Positions 1-12,458 of a stretch of 64,000 bases of DNA are shown in pieces. The stretch spans positions 186,001 through 250,000 of the forward strand of contig NW_027590170.1 in the NCBI RefSeq assembly GCF_964213995.1, in the 5' to 3' direction. The position numbers and the translations under genes are program-made. The notes under the pieces were generated by a model that made no database searches, was not told where the DNA came from, and was given only the letters and a program-made list of their open reading frames with translations. The stretch is from Mustelus asterias. Taxonomy: Eukaryota. Position 1 is the stretch's first letter; every line of letters begins with the position of its first letter.

Positions 1-327
1 TCCTGCTGCCGTTGGTCGCCTTGTCAACCAGACCCTGGTTCCCCCAATCAGCAGTGAACGCATGTATCATTTTATCTCAACAGTTTCTATCAAAATAAGC
101 AAGCCAAAGTCGATTAACCCCCCTACTGCCGAGAAGCAAAAGAAAATCAACACCTGATAGGAAATTTAGAGCATGGACTTCGAGACTGAGAAGAGTAATT
201 TGTGCCATTCCTGTTAGAGAGCTGGATCATTCCTCTTAAAATATCAAGTACAGGTTGAGAAGTCACACGAAAGTTTTATGGGTTTGTTGCTAGGGAGAGC
301 GATCTCTGGGCAAGTCATCCAGAGTCC

Positions 328-665
328 TCGGCACAGTGGTTAGCTCTGCAGTGCCAGAGGTACGGGTTCGATTCCAGCCTCGGGTGGCTGCCTGTGTTGA
401 GTTTGCACGTTCTCGCCGTGTCTGCGTGGGTTTCATCCGGGTGCTCTGGTCTCCCTCAGTCCAAGGATGTACAGATTGGGTAGATTGGCCATGACAAAAT
501 GCACCTTTGTGTCCCACAGATGTGCAGGTTAGGTGGATTGACCGTGGGCAGAGCGGAGGGTCTGGGTTGATTTCTCTTTCGGAGAATCAGTGCAGACTCG
601 ATGGGCCGAACGGCCACTTTCTGCAGTGTATGGTTTTTACGATTCTATTATTATATTCTATGGTG
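328..665 (+). mobile_element. tRNA-derived SINE (HE1/V-SINE-like)
   Basis: A-box-like ggcacagtggttagc, B-box gggttcgattcc, and core tgcacgttctcgccgtgtctgcgtgggtttc. The same family recurs at ~9220, ~29640 and ~39960. Confidence 0.75.
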
Positions 666-1339
666 AACACGGGCACAAAACCCACCATGATCAATTGTTC
701 CTCCCTCCCCCTTCAGGGGTGTTGTAACGGCATGACGATTAATCCAGAAAGCCAGGGCTAAAGCTTTGGACACACATGAGGATTGCATTCCTGCCATGGC
801 AGTTGGAGAAATCTGAATTCAATAAAAGCAACCTGGAATTCAACAATCGAACCATGAGTCAATTGTTGCTAAAACCCATCTGGTTCACTACCTGAGACTT
901 CAAGTACAACACCATGGTCAATGCAAGCCACGCGGTTCAATGGTGATTCGGGATGGGAAATACATTCTGGCCCTGCCGGAAATGCACGTACCGCTGGGTG
1001 AAGCAACAAATACATTGTGTGTGGGAGTCTCTGGCCTGGCTAACGTTTATAGCCCATTCCAAATGGCCCTAATCACTGCTGCAGCCAATGTAGTCAAACC
1101 AGGCACAGGAGCAGCGTTTCACTTTGGGTATTGGGAACATTTTTGGGTTCTTCTCGCTTCCAGGTGACCAGTTAGCTCTTCAATTCGTTATTCCTATCAG
1201 GAATTACCTTAACTTCCATTGTTTTTCGTTGTTATATTTTTCGGCGGGTTGGGGAGGGGGGTGGGGCGGGTGGGGGTGGGGGAGGATGTGAGTGGGGGGA
1301 CGGCATTATAATGGTTAGACCACCAAAATAAAAGCGTTT

Positions 1340-2063
1340 CTGAAAGGAGGGTTGTGACAAGTGGCGTTCCTCAGGGGTCAGTGCTGGGACTTTGCTGTTT
1401 GTAATATATATAAATGATTTGGAAGAAAATGTAACTGGATTGATTTGTAAGTTTGCAGACGAAACAAAGGTTGGTAGATTTGCGGATTGGTAGACCTGCA
1501 GATAGCGATGAGGACCATCTGAGGATGCAGCAGGATATAGATCGGTTACAGGCTTGGGCGGAGAGATGGCAGATGGAGCTCAATCCGGACAAATGTGAGG
1601 TAATGCATTTTGGAAGGTATAATGCAGATAGGAAATATACAGTAAAGGGCAGAACCCTGAAGAGTATTGATAGCAGAGGGATCAGGTGTAAAGGTCATTG
1701 AAAGTGGCAACCCAGGTGGAAAAGGTAGTCAAGAAGGCATACGGCATGCTTGCCTTCATTAGCCGGGGCATTGAATTTAAAAATTGGCAAGTCATGTTGC
1801 AGCTTATAGAACCTTAGTTAGGCCGCACTTGGAATATAGTGTTCAATTCTGGTCGCTACACTACCAGAAAGATGTGGAGGCTTTGGAGAGGGTACATAAA
1901 AGATTTACCGGGATGGTGCCTGGTATGGAGGGCATTAGTTATGAGGGGAGATTGGAGAAACTTGCGTTGTTCTCACTGGAACGACGGAGGTTGAGGGGTG
2001 ACCTGATAAAAATGTGCAAGATTATGAGGGGCATTGACAGAGTGGGTAGTCAGAAGCTTTTTT
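1340..2063 (+). mobile_element. CR1 LINE 3' RT fragment, cut off by a minus-strand CR1
   Basis: SGVPQGSVLG, KFADETK and YRTLVRPHLEYSVQFWS motifs with frameshifts. Confidence 0.9.
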
Positions 2064-5000
2064 CAACAAAGAACAAAGAACAATACAGTACAGGAAGAGG
2101 CCATTCGGCCCTCCAAGCCCGCGCCGCTCCCTGGTCCAAACTAGACCATTCTTTTGTATCCCTCCATACCCACTCCGTTCATGTGGCTATCGAGATAAGT
2201 CTTCAACGTTCCCAGTGTGCCCACCTCCACCACCTTGCCTGGCAGCGCATTCCAGGCCCCCACCACCCTCTGTGTAAAATATGTCCTTCTGATATCCATG
2301 TTAAACCTCCCCCCCGCCTCTCACCTTGAACCTATGACCCCTCGTGAACGTCACCACCGGCCTGGGAAAAAGCTTCCCACCGTTCACCCTATCTATGTCT
2401 TTCATAATTTTATACACCTCTATTAGGTCTCCCCTCATCCTCCGTCTTTCCAGTGAGAACAACCCCAGTTTACACAATCTTTCCTCATAACTAAGCCCCT
2501 CCAAACCAGGCAACATCCTGGTAAACCTCCTCTGCACTTTCTCTAAAGCCTCCAAGTCCTTCTGGTAGTGTGCCGACCAGAACTGGATGCAGTATTCCAA
2601 ATGCGGCCGAACCAACGTTCTATGCATCTGCAACATCAGATCCCAACCTTTATATACCCCGTCCTATAAAGGCTAGCATGCCATATGCCTTTTTCACCAC
2701 CTCCTCCACCTGTGACGTCACCTTCAAGGATCTGTGGAATTGCACACCCAGGTCCCTCTGCGTATCTACACCCTTTATGGTTCTGCCATTTATCGCATTG
2801 CTCCCCCCTACATTAGCTCTACCAAAATGCATCACTTCGCATTGATCTGGTTTGAACTCCATCTGCCATTTCTTTGCCCAAATTTCCAGCCGATCTATAT
2901 CCATCTGTAGTCTCTGACAATGTTCCTCACTATCGCCAATTCCAGCCAATTTCGTGTCGTCCGCAAACTTACTGATCACCCCAGTTACATCTTCTTCCAG
3001 ATCGTTTATGTAAATCACAAACAGCAGAGGTCCCAATACAGAGCCCTGCGGAACACCACTCGTCACAGGCCTCCAGCCGGTAAAAGACCCTTCCACTCCC
3101 ACCCTCTGTCTTCTGTGACCAAGCCAGTTCTCCACCCATCTAGCCACCTCCCCCTTTATCCCATGAGATCCAACCTTTTGCACCAGCCTACCATGAGGGA
3201 CTTTGTCAAACGCTTTACTAAAGTCCATAGAGACGACATCCACGGCCCTTCCCTCGTCAACCATTCTAGTCACTTCTTCAAAAAACTCCACCAGGTTAGT
3301 GAGGCATGACCTCCCTCTCACAAAACCATGCTGACTATCGTTAATTAGTTTATTCCTTTCTAAATGTGCATACATCCTATCTCTAAGAATTCCCTCCAAC
3401 AACTTCCCTACCATGGACGTCAAGCTCACCGGCCTATAATTACCCGGGTTATCTTTCCTACCCTTCTTAAATAACGGGACCACATTAGCTATCCTCCAAT
3501 CCTCTGGGACCTCACCTGTGTCCAGTGATGAGATAAAGATTTGCGTCAGAGGCCCAGCGATTTCATCTCTCGTCTCCCTGAGCAGCCTTGGATAGATTCC
3601 ATCAGGCCCTGGGGATTTGTCAGTCTTTATACTCTCTAAAGAACCTAACACTTCCTCCCTTGTAATGGAGATTTTCTCTAATGGTTCAACACTCCCCTCC
3701 GAGACACTCCCAGTCAACACATCCCTCTCCTTTGTGAATACCAACGCAAAGTATTCATTTAGGATCTCCCCTACTTCTTTGGGCTCTGAGCATAATTCCC
3801 CACTTTTGTCCCTGAGAGGTCTGATTTTTTCCCTGACACCCCTTTTGTTCCTAACGTATGAATAAAATGCCTTGGGATTCTCCTTAATCCTGTCTGCCAA
3901 GAACATTTCGTGACCCCTTTTTGCCCTTCTAATTCCTCTTTTGAGTTCTTTCCGACTTTCTTTGTATTCCTCCAGAGCTCCCTCCGTTTTTAACTGCCTG
4001 GACCTAACGTACGCCTCCCTTTTCTTTTTGACCAGTCCCTCAATTTCCCTGTTTATCCACGGTTCTCGAATCCTACCCTTCCTATCCTTCTTTTTTACAG
4101 GCACATGCCTGTCCTGCAGCCCTAACAACTGTTCCTTAAAAGACTCCCACATACCAGTTGTGGATTTACCCTCAAACAGCCTCTCCCAATCAACAACTGC
4201 CAATTTCTGCCTAATCCCACTAAAGTTAGCCTTCCCCCAATTCAACACCTTACCCTTGGGACACCACTCATCCTTTTCCATCGCTATCCTAAAGCTAACA
4301 GAATTGTGGTCACTATTTGCCACATGTTCCCCTACTGAAACTTTGAAGACCTGACCGGGCTCATTCCCCAGTACTAGGTCCAGTATAGCCCCCTCTCTAG
4401 TCGGGCTATCTACATATTGTTCCAAAGAACCTTCCTGTACGCATTTTACAAATTCCTCCCCATTCAGAGTCCCAGCTCTTAGCGATTTCCATTCTATACC
4501 AGGGAAATTGAAGTCTCCCATTGCAACAACCCTATTTTTTCCTGCACCTATCCAGTATCTCCTGACATATCCGTTCTTCCACTTCCCTTGGGCAGTCGGG
4601 GGGCCTGTAGTATATCCCCAACATAGTGACTGCGCCCTTCCTGTTTCTGAGCTCCACCCACAGTGACTCGTTACACGACCCCTCTGAATTGTCCTCCCTC
4701 TGCACCGCTGTAATATGTTCTCTAACTAATACTGCTACTCCCCCACCTCTTTTGGCCCCTCCTCTGTCTCGCCTAAAACACTTGTACCCCGGAATATTCA
4801 GCTGCCAGTCCTGTCTCTCTTTCAACCAAGTCTCTGTCACCGCAACTACATCCAAATTCTTCGTAAGCATTAAGGCCCTAAGTTCGTCTGTCTTACCTGC
4901 TACGCTCCTTGCTTTGAAGTAGATGCACTCCAGACCTCCAGGCCCAGTGAGTTCATCCTCCCCCAGAGTGCTCTTCTTCTTTGCCAGCCTTGTCCTGGCC

Positions 5001-5750
5001 CCAAGCTCGTCCCCAGCCTCTACACTTGTAGACCTAATTTTTTGATCCCCACCCCCCTGCCATATTAGTTTAAACCCACCCGAACTGCACGAGCAAAACT
5101 CCCAGCCAGGATATTCGTGCCCTTCCAATTTAGTTGTGACCCATCCTTCTTGTACAGGTGCCATCCTCTCTTGAAAACTTCCCAATGATCCAGGAAAATG
5201 AAGCCCTCCCTCCTGGACCAGTCCTTTAGCCAAGCGTTCAATTGTATTAACTCCCTATTCCTAGCCTCACTGGCACGAGACATTGGGAGCAGCCCAGCTA
5301 TTGCCACCCTGGAGGCCCTACCTTTTCGCCTATTTCCCAACTCCCTGAATTGCTCTCGTACGATCCCCCTGCTCTTCCTATCTACGTCATTTGCACCAAT
5401 GTGTACAACGACATCCGTTTCTTTATCTTCCCCTTTTAATATGCCTCCTATCCGCTCGGAGACATCCAGTACCCCAACACCAGGTAGGCAGACTACCATC
5501 CTGGAGTCCCGTTCGCACCCACAGAATCGCCTGTCCATGCCTCGAACCGACGCATCCCCCACCACTATTGCTCTCCGAATTCCTCTCTTTCCTTTCCGGG
5601 CCACAGAACCTGATTCTGTGCCAGTGACCTGGTCACTGTGGCTAACCCCTGGAGAGTCATCCTCCTCCACACTATCCAAAGCAATATACTTGTTTTGGAG
5701 GGGGACAACCACAGGTGACCCCTCCATTAATTGCTCACTAAGAGCCAAGC
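2064..5750 (-). mobile_element. Near full-length CR1 LINE: ORF1 SGNH-esterase part plus frameshifted ORF2 (APE endonuclease + RT)
   Basis: ORF 5065-5748 has VVGDASVRG, HIGANDV and KDGSQLNWKG. ORFs 4532-5233, 2650-4521 and 2301-2636 have VAVTETWL, GDFNFP, GVPQGSVLGP and KFADDTK. The 3' tail reads aacaaagaacaaagaa on the plus strand at ~2064. Confidence 0.95.
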
Positions 5751-5934
5751 CTTTCCTGCTATGAGAGACTTTAAAAAATAAATTGGCTCCAATTGGCGGG
5801 ATCTGCCATGGGGAGTTGGTATCCTCATGATGGGCTCAGTGGCCTCCATTTGTGCTGCGCGACTACAAGAGCTCTCTGTCAACCAAACCAAATGCATGTC
5901 TTCCCATTGCGTTAACAAAGAGACAGAAGACACC

Positions 5935-6208
5935 CTTCATTAAAGACTGCAAATTTATTCAATATTATAAGCGATGCATATGAAAAAATAACAAGGTGAC
6001 AGATATGCACAAAGGTGTGATTAACGAACCAGAAGAGCATAAGACGGAGGAGTAGAAGTAGACCATTCGGCCCACAGGAGCTGCTTCGCCTTTCAATGAA
6101 ATCATGGTTGGTTTGATATTATCCTCAACTCCACTTTACCACCTTAGCCCCATAACTCTCGCTTCCCCTGACTAACCGGATGATCTTAAATGTGTACGAA
6201 TGTCCCAT
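5935..6208 (-). other. TRDC: Candidate untranslated exon 4 (3' UTR) of the TCR-delta constant gene
   Basis: Exon 3 ends TGA-G|GTAAGG, so a downstream UTR exon is needed, as in TRAC/TRDC. Acceptor gttattttacag| before 6208, AATAAA at 5959-5954, then a GT/T-rich element (gggtgtcttctgtctctttgtt). Confidence 0.55.
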
Positions 6209-7337
6209 CTGTAAAATAACCTGAGAGCAATAACCTGATTTTAGGCTAAGCTCATGGCGAGATGTTCAAAAACTCTTGTTCATCTTACTTGTGAAATGCC
6301 GTGTCATGATAAAGCTCTGCACGGTGGCAAGTGGTGGCTCGATTATCTCTAAGGGCCCAGATGTACAGGCTGGGGTTTGGTGCCTCCGTGGCACTGGGAG
6401 GAAAATCTGGAGTCCAAGATTAAGTACGGGAGAGAGAATATCACCTTGGCAACAATCTAAAAGTTTGATGAAAATCCAGTCAGACCCTTGCTGATTCAAT
6501 GTATCTTACGCTCTTAAATTGCATGCATTAAAGTACAATGTTTAAAATAACTACCAGAGTAAAACAACCAAAAGGAACATGTGAGGTGCCATTACCTAGA
6601 TTGCCCTGTAAAGGGCTGCCATTGTCACTATGGGCTGAGTGGCTGCTTTCTCCGGAATAGGATTCTACTATTCTAAGCAAAGAATATAAAAATCGAAGTT
6701 CTATACGTCCTAAAATTGAAAATGCTGTTTTCAAAAATGTCTCCGACACTAATGCAAGCAGACACCATGTCAATGCTAGCTCCACGCTGTTGCTGAAATG
6801 CATAATTGAAATGTTTATGTAGCATAAGCAGTAGAATTCACGCAGAACCACGAATTTCAAATCAAAATAACAGTGGAAAAAAGTGACCGAAAAGAGGATC
6901 TTTTAAAGTTAAGTCGCCATTTAAAACAAGCGAGATTGAATTGCTTGAAGCGGAACTTCTGATCAGGAAGCCTCTGGATTTTGATACCCCAGTCAATGAG
7001 TTCACACCTGAATCCATTTCATCGTCCAATGCAGTTCTGTTTGGAATGGAAGGAGCAACAGTAGTAGCACATCAAAGAGTCAGCAAGCAAAGAACACCTT
7101 GTATCTTTAGGGTCTCCATTAACATTCTCCAATAATATTCTCAGAAGCCACTGCAATTGCACAAGAACCCCGACAGTGCAGAAGGATGCGATTTGGCCCA
7201 TAGAGTCTGCACCGACTCTCCGAAAGAGCCACGCAGCTCAAGACCAAGGGATGGGCGGAAAAGGTTAGGCTAGTCAGTGACACCCATAATTAAACAAAAA
7301 TCTGGAGAGGTTTAAGAAGTCAAGGCTGCGATTGGGA

Positions 7338-7410
7338 ACGGGGGTTGGCGGGCGGGGGCGGGGGGGGGGGGGGGCGGCGGGGGCGGGGGGGGGGCGGTGG
7401 TGCGGTGGCA
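7338..7410. repeat. G-rich tract (G-quadruplex-prone) in TRDC intron 3
   Basis: Multiple runs of 4 or more G. A similar tract is at 1243-1300. Confidence 0.7.
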
Positions 7411-7603
7411 AGGGAGGGATGAAAAGCGATGAGGATGGGGCACTGGAGTAAGAGTTCGTTTGTCTAAATGCATCCAAGTTAATGCTCACTCCACGGGTTA
7501 GTTTCAGCGTCTGCCTTAACAGTGGCCTCGCGAGATCCCGTCAATGGTCATTGTTCATCACAGTTTGTCTTTCTTGGCACGCATTCAGGTGACCGACCTT
7601 ACC

Positions 7604-7713
7604 TCAAAATAGCCACACCCTGGCCGTCATCATGACATTGAAGACAATGCTCTTGAAAAACAAAATTCTTAGCCCCATCACCGTCAAAGACAAAAAGTTC
7701 ACCCTCAGTCGAT
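7604..7713 (-). CDS. TRDC: TCR-delta constant exon 3 (transmembrane/cytoplasmic)
   Basis: Acceptor ttttggcag|. Encodes DRLRVNFLSLTVMGLRILFFKSIVFNVMMTARVWLF*, with the TM Arg and Lys of TCR alpha/delta and a delta-like VNxxSLTVxGLRxLFxK. Donor GTAAGG lies 1 nt after the stop. Confidence 0.93.
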
Positions 7714-7829
7714 CTGCCAAAATAAGAGAAACAAATGATAGATCTGGTTTAATGGATATATGATTTGGTATTGAAAAACAACTGTATACCTCTAATGTGA
7801 TATTTTTTCCATTATCTAACAGCTTGACT

Positions 7830-8095
7830 TTCGTCCGTCTGTCCATCCCTGTCCGTCCGTCCGTCTGTCCATCTCTGTCCGTCCGTCCGTCTGTCCATCC
7901 CTGTCCGTCCGTCCGTCTGTCCATCTCTGTCTGTCCGTCCGTCTGTCCATCTCTGTCAGTCCGTCCGTCCGCCCGTCTGCCTGCCTGTCTATCTATCTTC
8001 ATCTCTCTTTCACTCTGAGTTTCTCTCTCTCTCCCCGCCTCTCCTCCACTCTCGCTATCCCGCTCGATTGATATATCTCTCTCCCTCACTCTGTG
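7830..8095. repeat. Compound microsatellite: ~26-bp higher-order (CCGT/CTGT) unit, then a CT-rich tract
   Basis: ccgtctgtccatc(c/t)ctgtccgtccgt repeated about 5 times. Confidence 0.85.
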
Positions 8096-8233
8096 TGACA
8101 ATCTATCTTTTTCCCCATCTCACTATATGTTTATCATTCAATCTCCGGGTCTGTATCCGTGCCTATTTGTCCACTTATCAATCCGTCTATTTGCAAGTAT
8201 TTTACTTTGATAAATGTTGAATAAAGCACATAC

Positions 8234-8296
8234 CGTTTTCCGTGTCACTTGATTCTGTCAAGGAATCACTTCGACCTGTAGGGCATTTAGGTTTAT
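8234..8296 (-). CDS. TRDC: TCR-delta constant exon 2 (connecting peptide with interchain Cys)
   Basis: tttttgcccttccag| 63 bp |gtatgt, phase 1 at both ends. Encodes DKPKCPTGRSDSLTESSDTEN in frame with exons 1 and 3. Confidence 0.88.
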
Positions 8297-9219
8297 CTGG
8301 AAGGGCAAAAATGACATTTGACTTATTAAGTGAGCAAGTGACATTACTGTAACCATGTTTGTTCTCAATATCACTTTGAATAATGTTGTTGTCATAACCA
8401 AAAGCCACGAAGAAAGTAAGAATCAAACAGCACGATTGGACTTGTTCACTTGATTATTCACAACGGAGAAACATTGGTAGCTCTGCCATTTAGTTCGGCC
8501 CAATTCTGAGTTCAAAGAGTGCAGGATCGATTCCCCATCAGGGATTAAAACCCAGGATCCAGAGCCGTTCCATCAGTGCAGTATTTCACTGTCTTCCGAA
8601 AACGTCGTGAAACCGAGGCCTGATTTCAGCTCTGCAGTGGATTGAATGATATCAGGGCATTTCTCCAGAGGAACGGGATTCTCCAGTACCCTGGTGAGTA
8701 TTTAATACGTTCCTAAATTCGGTGATGTACCAGCAGTTACGGGCCCTGCACACTGCCCTGAATTATAATAGTTAGCTCTTATTATTTTTATTCATTTACG
8801 GAATGTGGACATCGCTGGCAGGTCAGCATTTATTGCCAATCCCTAACTGCCCCCTTCAGAAGATGGTTGTGAGTCTCCTGCTTGAACCTCTGCAGTCTGT
8901 CAGGGGTACGTACACACACAGTGCTGTTAGGGAAGAAGTTCCACCATTTTGACTCAGCGACAGTGAAGGAACTGCCGAAACATTTCCAAGTCAGGATGCT
9001 GAGTGACATGGAGGGTAACGTCCAGATGATGGTGTTCCCAGGTATCTGCTGCCCTTGTTCTCCGAGATGATAACGGTCGTGAGTTTGGAAGATTCAGCGG
9101 AAGGAGACTTGGAGAGTTACTGCTGTGTATCTTGTGGATGGCACACACTGCTGCCATTGTGCTTCGGTGGTGGAAGAAGTGGATGTTTGTGAATAGAGTA
9201 CTTAATGCTTGAGCCGCAC

Positions 9220-9585
9220 AGAGGCACAGTGGTTAGTACTGCTGCACCGCCACCCCCCCCCCCACGCCCCGCCACTCCCCTCCGCCCCCCGCCCCCCCGC
9301 CTCTCCCCCCCCCCCCCCCCAAAGTGTCAGGGACCTGTGTTCGATTCCCGGGCTTGGGTGGCTGTCTGTGCAGAGTCTGCACGTTTTCCTCGTGTCAGCG
9401 TGGGTTTGATCCGGGCGCTCCGGTTTCCTCCCACAGTCCGAAAGACGTGCTGATTAGATGCATTGGCCATGCTAAATTCTCCCTCAGTGTACCCGAACAG
9501 GCACAGAGTGTGGCGACTATGGGATTGTCACAATAAATTCATTGCAGTTTTAATGTAAGCCGACTTGTGACACTCATAAACACAC
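9220..9585 (+). mobile_element. HE1-like SINE with an internal poly-C expansion, nested in older repeats (~8790-10560)
   Basis: ggcacagtggttagtactgctgc ... ttcgattcccgggcttggg, V-SINE-like core, and 3' end cttgtgacactcataaa. Confidence 0.75.
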
Positions 9586-9852
9586 TGTTAATCAAGCGGA
9601 GCTGCTTTGTCCTGGGTCGTGTCAAATGTCTGAGTGTTATTGGAGCTGCATTCATCGAGGCAAGTGGCGAATACACTACCACAGTCATGATTATGTCTTG
9701 TGGATGGGGCAGAGGATTTGGGGGATGAGGAGATACGTTACTCACCACAGGATTCCCAATCTCCGACATTCTCTTGCAGCCACAGCACTTATATGGATAG
9801 TCCAGTTCAGTTTCTGAGCAACGTTAACCATCAGGATGTTGATAGTGGGGGT

Positions 9853-10228
9853 TGACCTGATAGAAGTCTCAGGATTATGAGAGGCATGGACAGAGTGGAT
9901 AGTTAGAAGCTTTTTCCCAGGGTGGAAGAGTCAATTACTCGGGGGCATAGATTTAAGGTGCGAGGGGCAAGGTTTAAAGGAGACGTACGAGGCAGAGTTT
10001 TTACACAGAAGGTGGGTGTCTGGAACTCGTTGCCGGGGGAGGTAGTGGAAGGAGATATGATAGTGAGTTTTAAGGGACATCTGGACAAATACATGAATAA
10101 GATGGGAATAGAGCGATATGGTCCCCGGAAGGGAAAGGGGTTTTAGTTAAGTCGGGCAGCATCGTCGGTGCAGGCTTGGAGGGCCGAAGGGCCTGTTCCT
10201 GTGCTGTAATTTTCTTTGTTCTTTGTTT
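9853..10228 (+). mobile_element. CR1 3' end
   Basis: TRGHRFKVRGARFKGDVRGRVFTQ, WNSLP, and a ttctttgttctttgtt tail. Confidence 0.85.
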
Positions 10229-10689
10229 CAGTCATGGTAATGCCATTAAATGTCAAGAGCCGGTTGTTAGCTTCTTTCCTGTTGGAGTTGGTCATTGCCT
10301 GGAACATGTGTGGCGCAAATGTTACTTGCAGCTTGTCAGTCAAAGCCTAGGTATTGTCCAGCTATTGGTGCATTTGTAATGCACTACTTCAAGATCTGAG
10401 GTGTCATGAATGGTGCTGAAAATTGTTCAGTCATCAGCGAACATCCCAACTTCTGACCTTACAATGGATTGAAGGTGATTGATGAAGCAACTGAAGCTGG
10501 TTAGGCCTGAGACACTGAGGAACTCCTGCAGTGAAGTCCCCAGACTAGGATAATTGACCGTCAATCATTAGTCAGCTAATCTTTCAAAAAGACTACACTT
10601 TGAGTGACGATGACACCGAGAGTCCTTAGGTCGTTAAGAGGATGGATAATATTTAGTGCAAGTTCTTCCTGTCATAAAACATTCTGAGA

Positions 10690-11008
10690 GGAGGCAGTGG
10701 CGCAGTGGCATTGTCACTGGACTGGTAATCCAACGACCCAGAATGCTGACCTGGGGATGGCAGCTGCGAAATTTGAACATTTTTTTTAAAATTGGAATTA
10801 AAAGTTTCATGATGACCCTGAAACCATTGTCGATTATCATTAAAACTCATCTGGTTCACTAACTTCCTTCAGCGAACGAAATCTGCCGTCCTTACATGGT
10901 CTGGCCGGCAAGTGACCCTTAAATGTCCTCTGCTGAAGGGCAATTTAGGACGGGCAATAAATGTTGGCCAAGCCAACGACACCCACATCACGGGAACGAA
11001 AATAAAAT
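10690..11008 (+). mobile_element. tRNA-derived SINE (second shark family) abutting the TRDC exon 1 donor
   Basis: gtggcgcagtggcattgtcactggac ... ctggttcactaa ... gggcaataaatgttggcc. Related copies at ~46310 and ~60915. Confidence 0.65.
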
Positions 11009-11016
11009 AAACTTAC

Positions 11017-11328
11017 CAATTTCAGCTGTGGGCGGGATGTTTACTGAGTAATTTCGATTATCGTGAAATGCCTTGCACGTGATGTTTGGCGATTTCTCGG
11101 ATTGGCGGAAAGAGAGAAAACCCGAGCTCCTGTAATTCCCGCTCTCCAATAGGACACTGGGTCTTGTCACATTGGCCTCCTGGCCCGATCCCGTGTACAG
11201 GGAGAGCATGATTGCGTTGGGCGAGAAGTCCGAGGCCAAGCAAACTGCAGCTGTGTCGATGCCGGTGGCTCCCCGTGGCACTGGCGGGTAAAAGACGCTC
11301 AATGTAGGCTCCACCGGGCCTTTCGCCT
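11017..11328 (-). CDS. TRDC: TCR-delta constant exon 1 (Ig C1 domain)
   Basis: ttttcag| 312 bp |gtaagt, phase 1/1. Encodes AKGPVEPTLSVFYPP...AAVCLASDFSP...PSVLLESGNY...NITCKAFHDNRNYSV. The stretches PSVLLESGNY and TCxxxHDN resemble mammalian C-delta (PAIVISPSGKY, TCSVQHDN) rather than C-alpha. N-glycan sequons NVT, NIT, NYS. Confidence 0.9.
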
Positions 11329-11522
11329 CTGAAAATTTAATAAATAAAAGGAAATAATCAGAATCCAACAGAGTGACCTCCTCCAACCTGCTGAGCCATT
11401 CGATTCGACCCGCATTTTTTCTATGTCTTAACCCTATGTGAGTTTCTCCATGAATTTACCGAATGCTGAGACTGGATAATTAGGGCTTTTTCGCTTGGCA
11501 CAGAGAAGGCTGAGGAGTGACG

Positions 11523-11530
11523 CCTCTCTT

Positions 11531-11566
<36 letters not shown>

Positions 11567-11692
11567 CTTCACACACTCACGTGCACACGCACACATGCCC
11601 AGGCATATAAGCAGATAGACGGACATGCATAGACACATATGCCCACAAACACACACACACACGCACACATATACATACACACACACACGGGT
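11523..11692. repeat. (CT)n/(CA)n microsatellite
   Basis: Dinucleotide runs. Further CA/GT tracts at 14115-14240, 14590-14790 and 15190-15545. Confidence 0.9.
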
Positions 11693-12458
11693 GAACATAG
11701 AAACATAGAACAGTACAGCACAGAACAGGCCCTTCGGCCCACGATGTTGTGCCGAGCTTTATCTGAAACCAAGATCAAGCTATCCCACTCCCTATCATCC
11801 TGGTGTGCTCCATCTGCCTATCCATTAACCGCTTAAATGTTCCTAAAGTGTCTGACTCCACTATCACTGCAGGCAGTCCATTCCACACCCCAACTACTCT
11901 CTGCGTAAAGAACCTACCTCTGATATCCTTCCTATATCTCCCACCATGAACCCTATAGTTATGCCCCCTTGTAATAGCTCCATCCACCCGAGGAAATAGT
12001 CTTTGAACGTTCACTCTATCTATCCCCTTCATCATTTTATCAACCTCTATTAAGTCTCCCCTCAGCCTCCTCCGCTCCAGAGAGAACAGCCCCAGCTCCC
12101 TCAACCTTTCCTCATAAGACCTACCCTCCAAACCAGGCAGCATCCTGGTAAATCTCCTCTGCACTCTTTCCAGCGCTTCCACATCCTTCTTATAGTGAGG
12201 TGACCAGAACTGCACACAATATTCCAAATGTGGTCTCACCAAGGTCCTGTACAGTTGCAGCATAACCCCACGGCTCTTAAACTCCACACACTATAGGCCT
12301 TCTTCACAGCTCTATCCACTTGAGTGGCAACCTTTAGAGATCTGTGGATATGGACCCCAAGATCTCTCTGTTCCTCCACAGTCTTCAGAACCGTACCTTT
12401 GACCCCGTAATCCACATTTAAATTAGTCCTACCAAAATGAATCACCTCACATTTATCA
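11693..12458 (-). mobile_element. CR1 3' fragment
   Basis: ORF 11775-12287 (LYRTLVRPHLEYCVQFWSP); tail gaacatagaaacatagaa on the plus strand. Confidence 0.92.

Noticed and set aside
15-160. J-like GGTRVWLT on the minus strand, or a plus-strand terminal exon (SIKISKPKSINPPTAEKQKKINT*)
   Set aside because: No FGXG, GT donor or CAC heptamer for a J. The plus-strand peptide has no recognisable homology or context.
2920-5764. Plus-strand ORFs of 80-190 aa (and similar ORFs across the window)
   Set aside because: Antisense or alternate-frame shadows of CR1 and SINE sequence.
7274-8101. Pro-rich and RTDG-repeat ORFs
   Set aside because: These are translations of G tracts and microsatellite. Only 7604-7713 is real coding sequence.
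11017-11328. Calling the constant gene TCR-alpha because of the many J-alpha-like segments
   Set aside because: The C domain (SGxY, TCxxxHDN), the TM lead-in VNxxSLTV and an upstream 12/23 D all fit delta better. A phylogeny would settle it.
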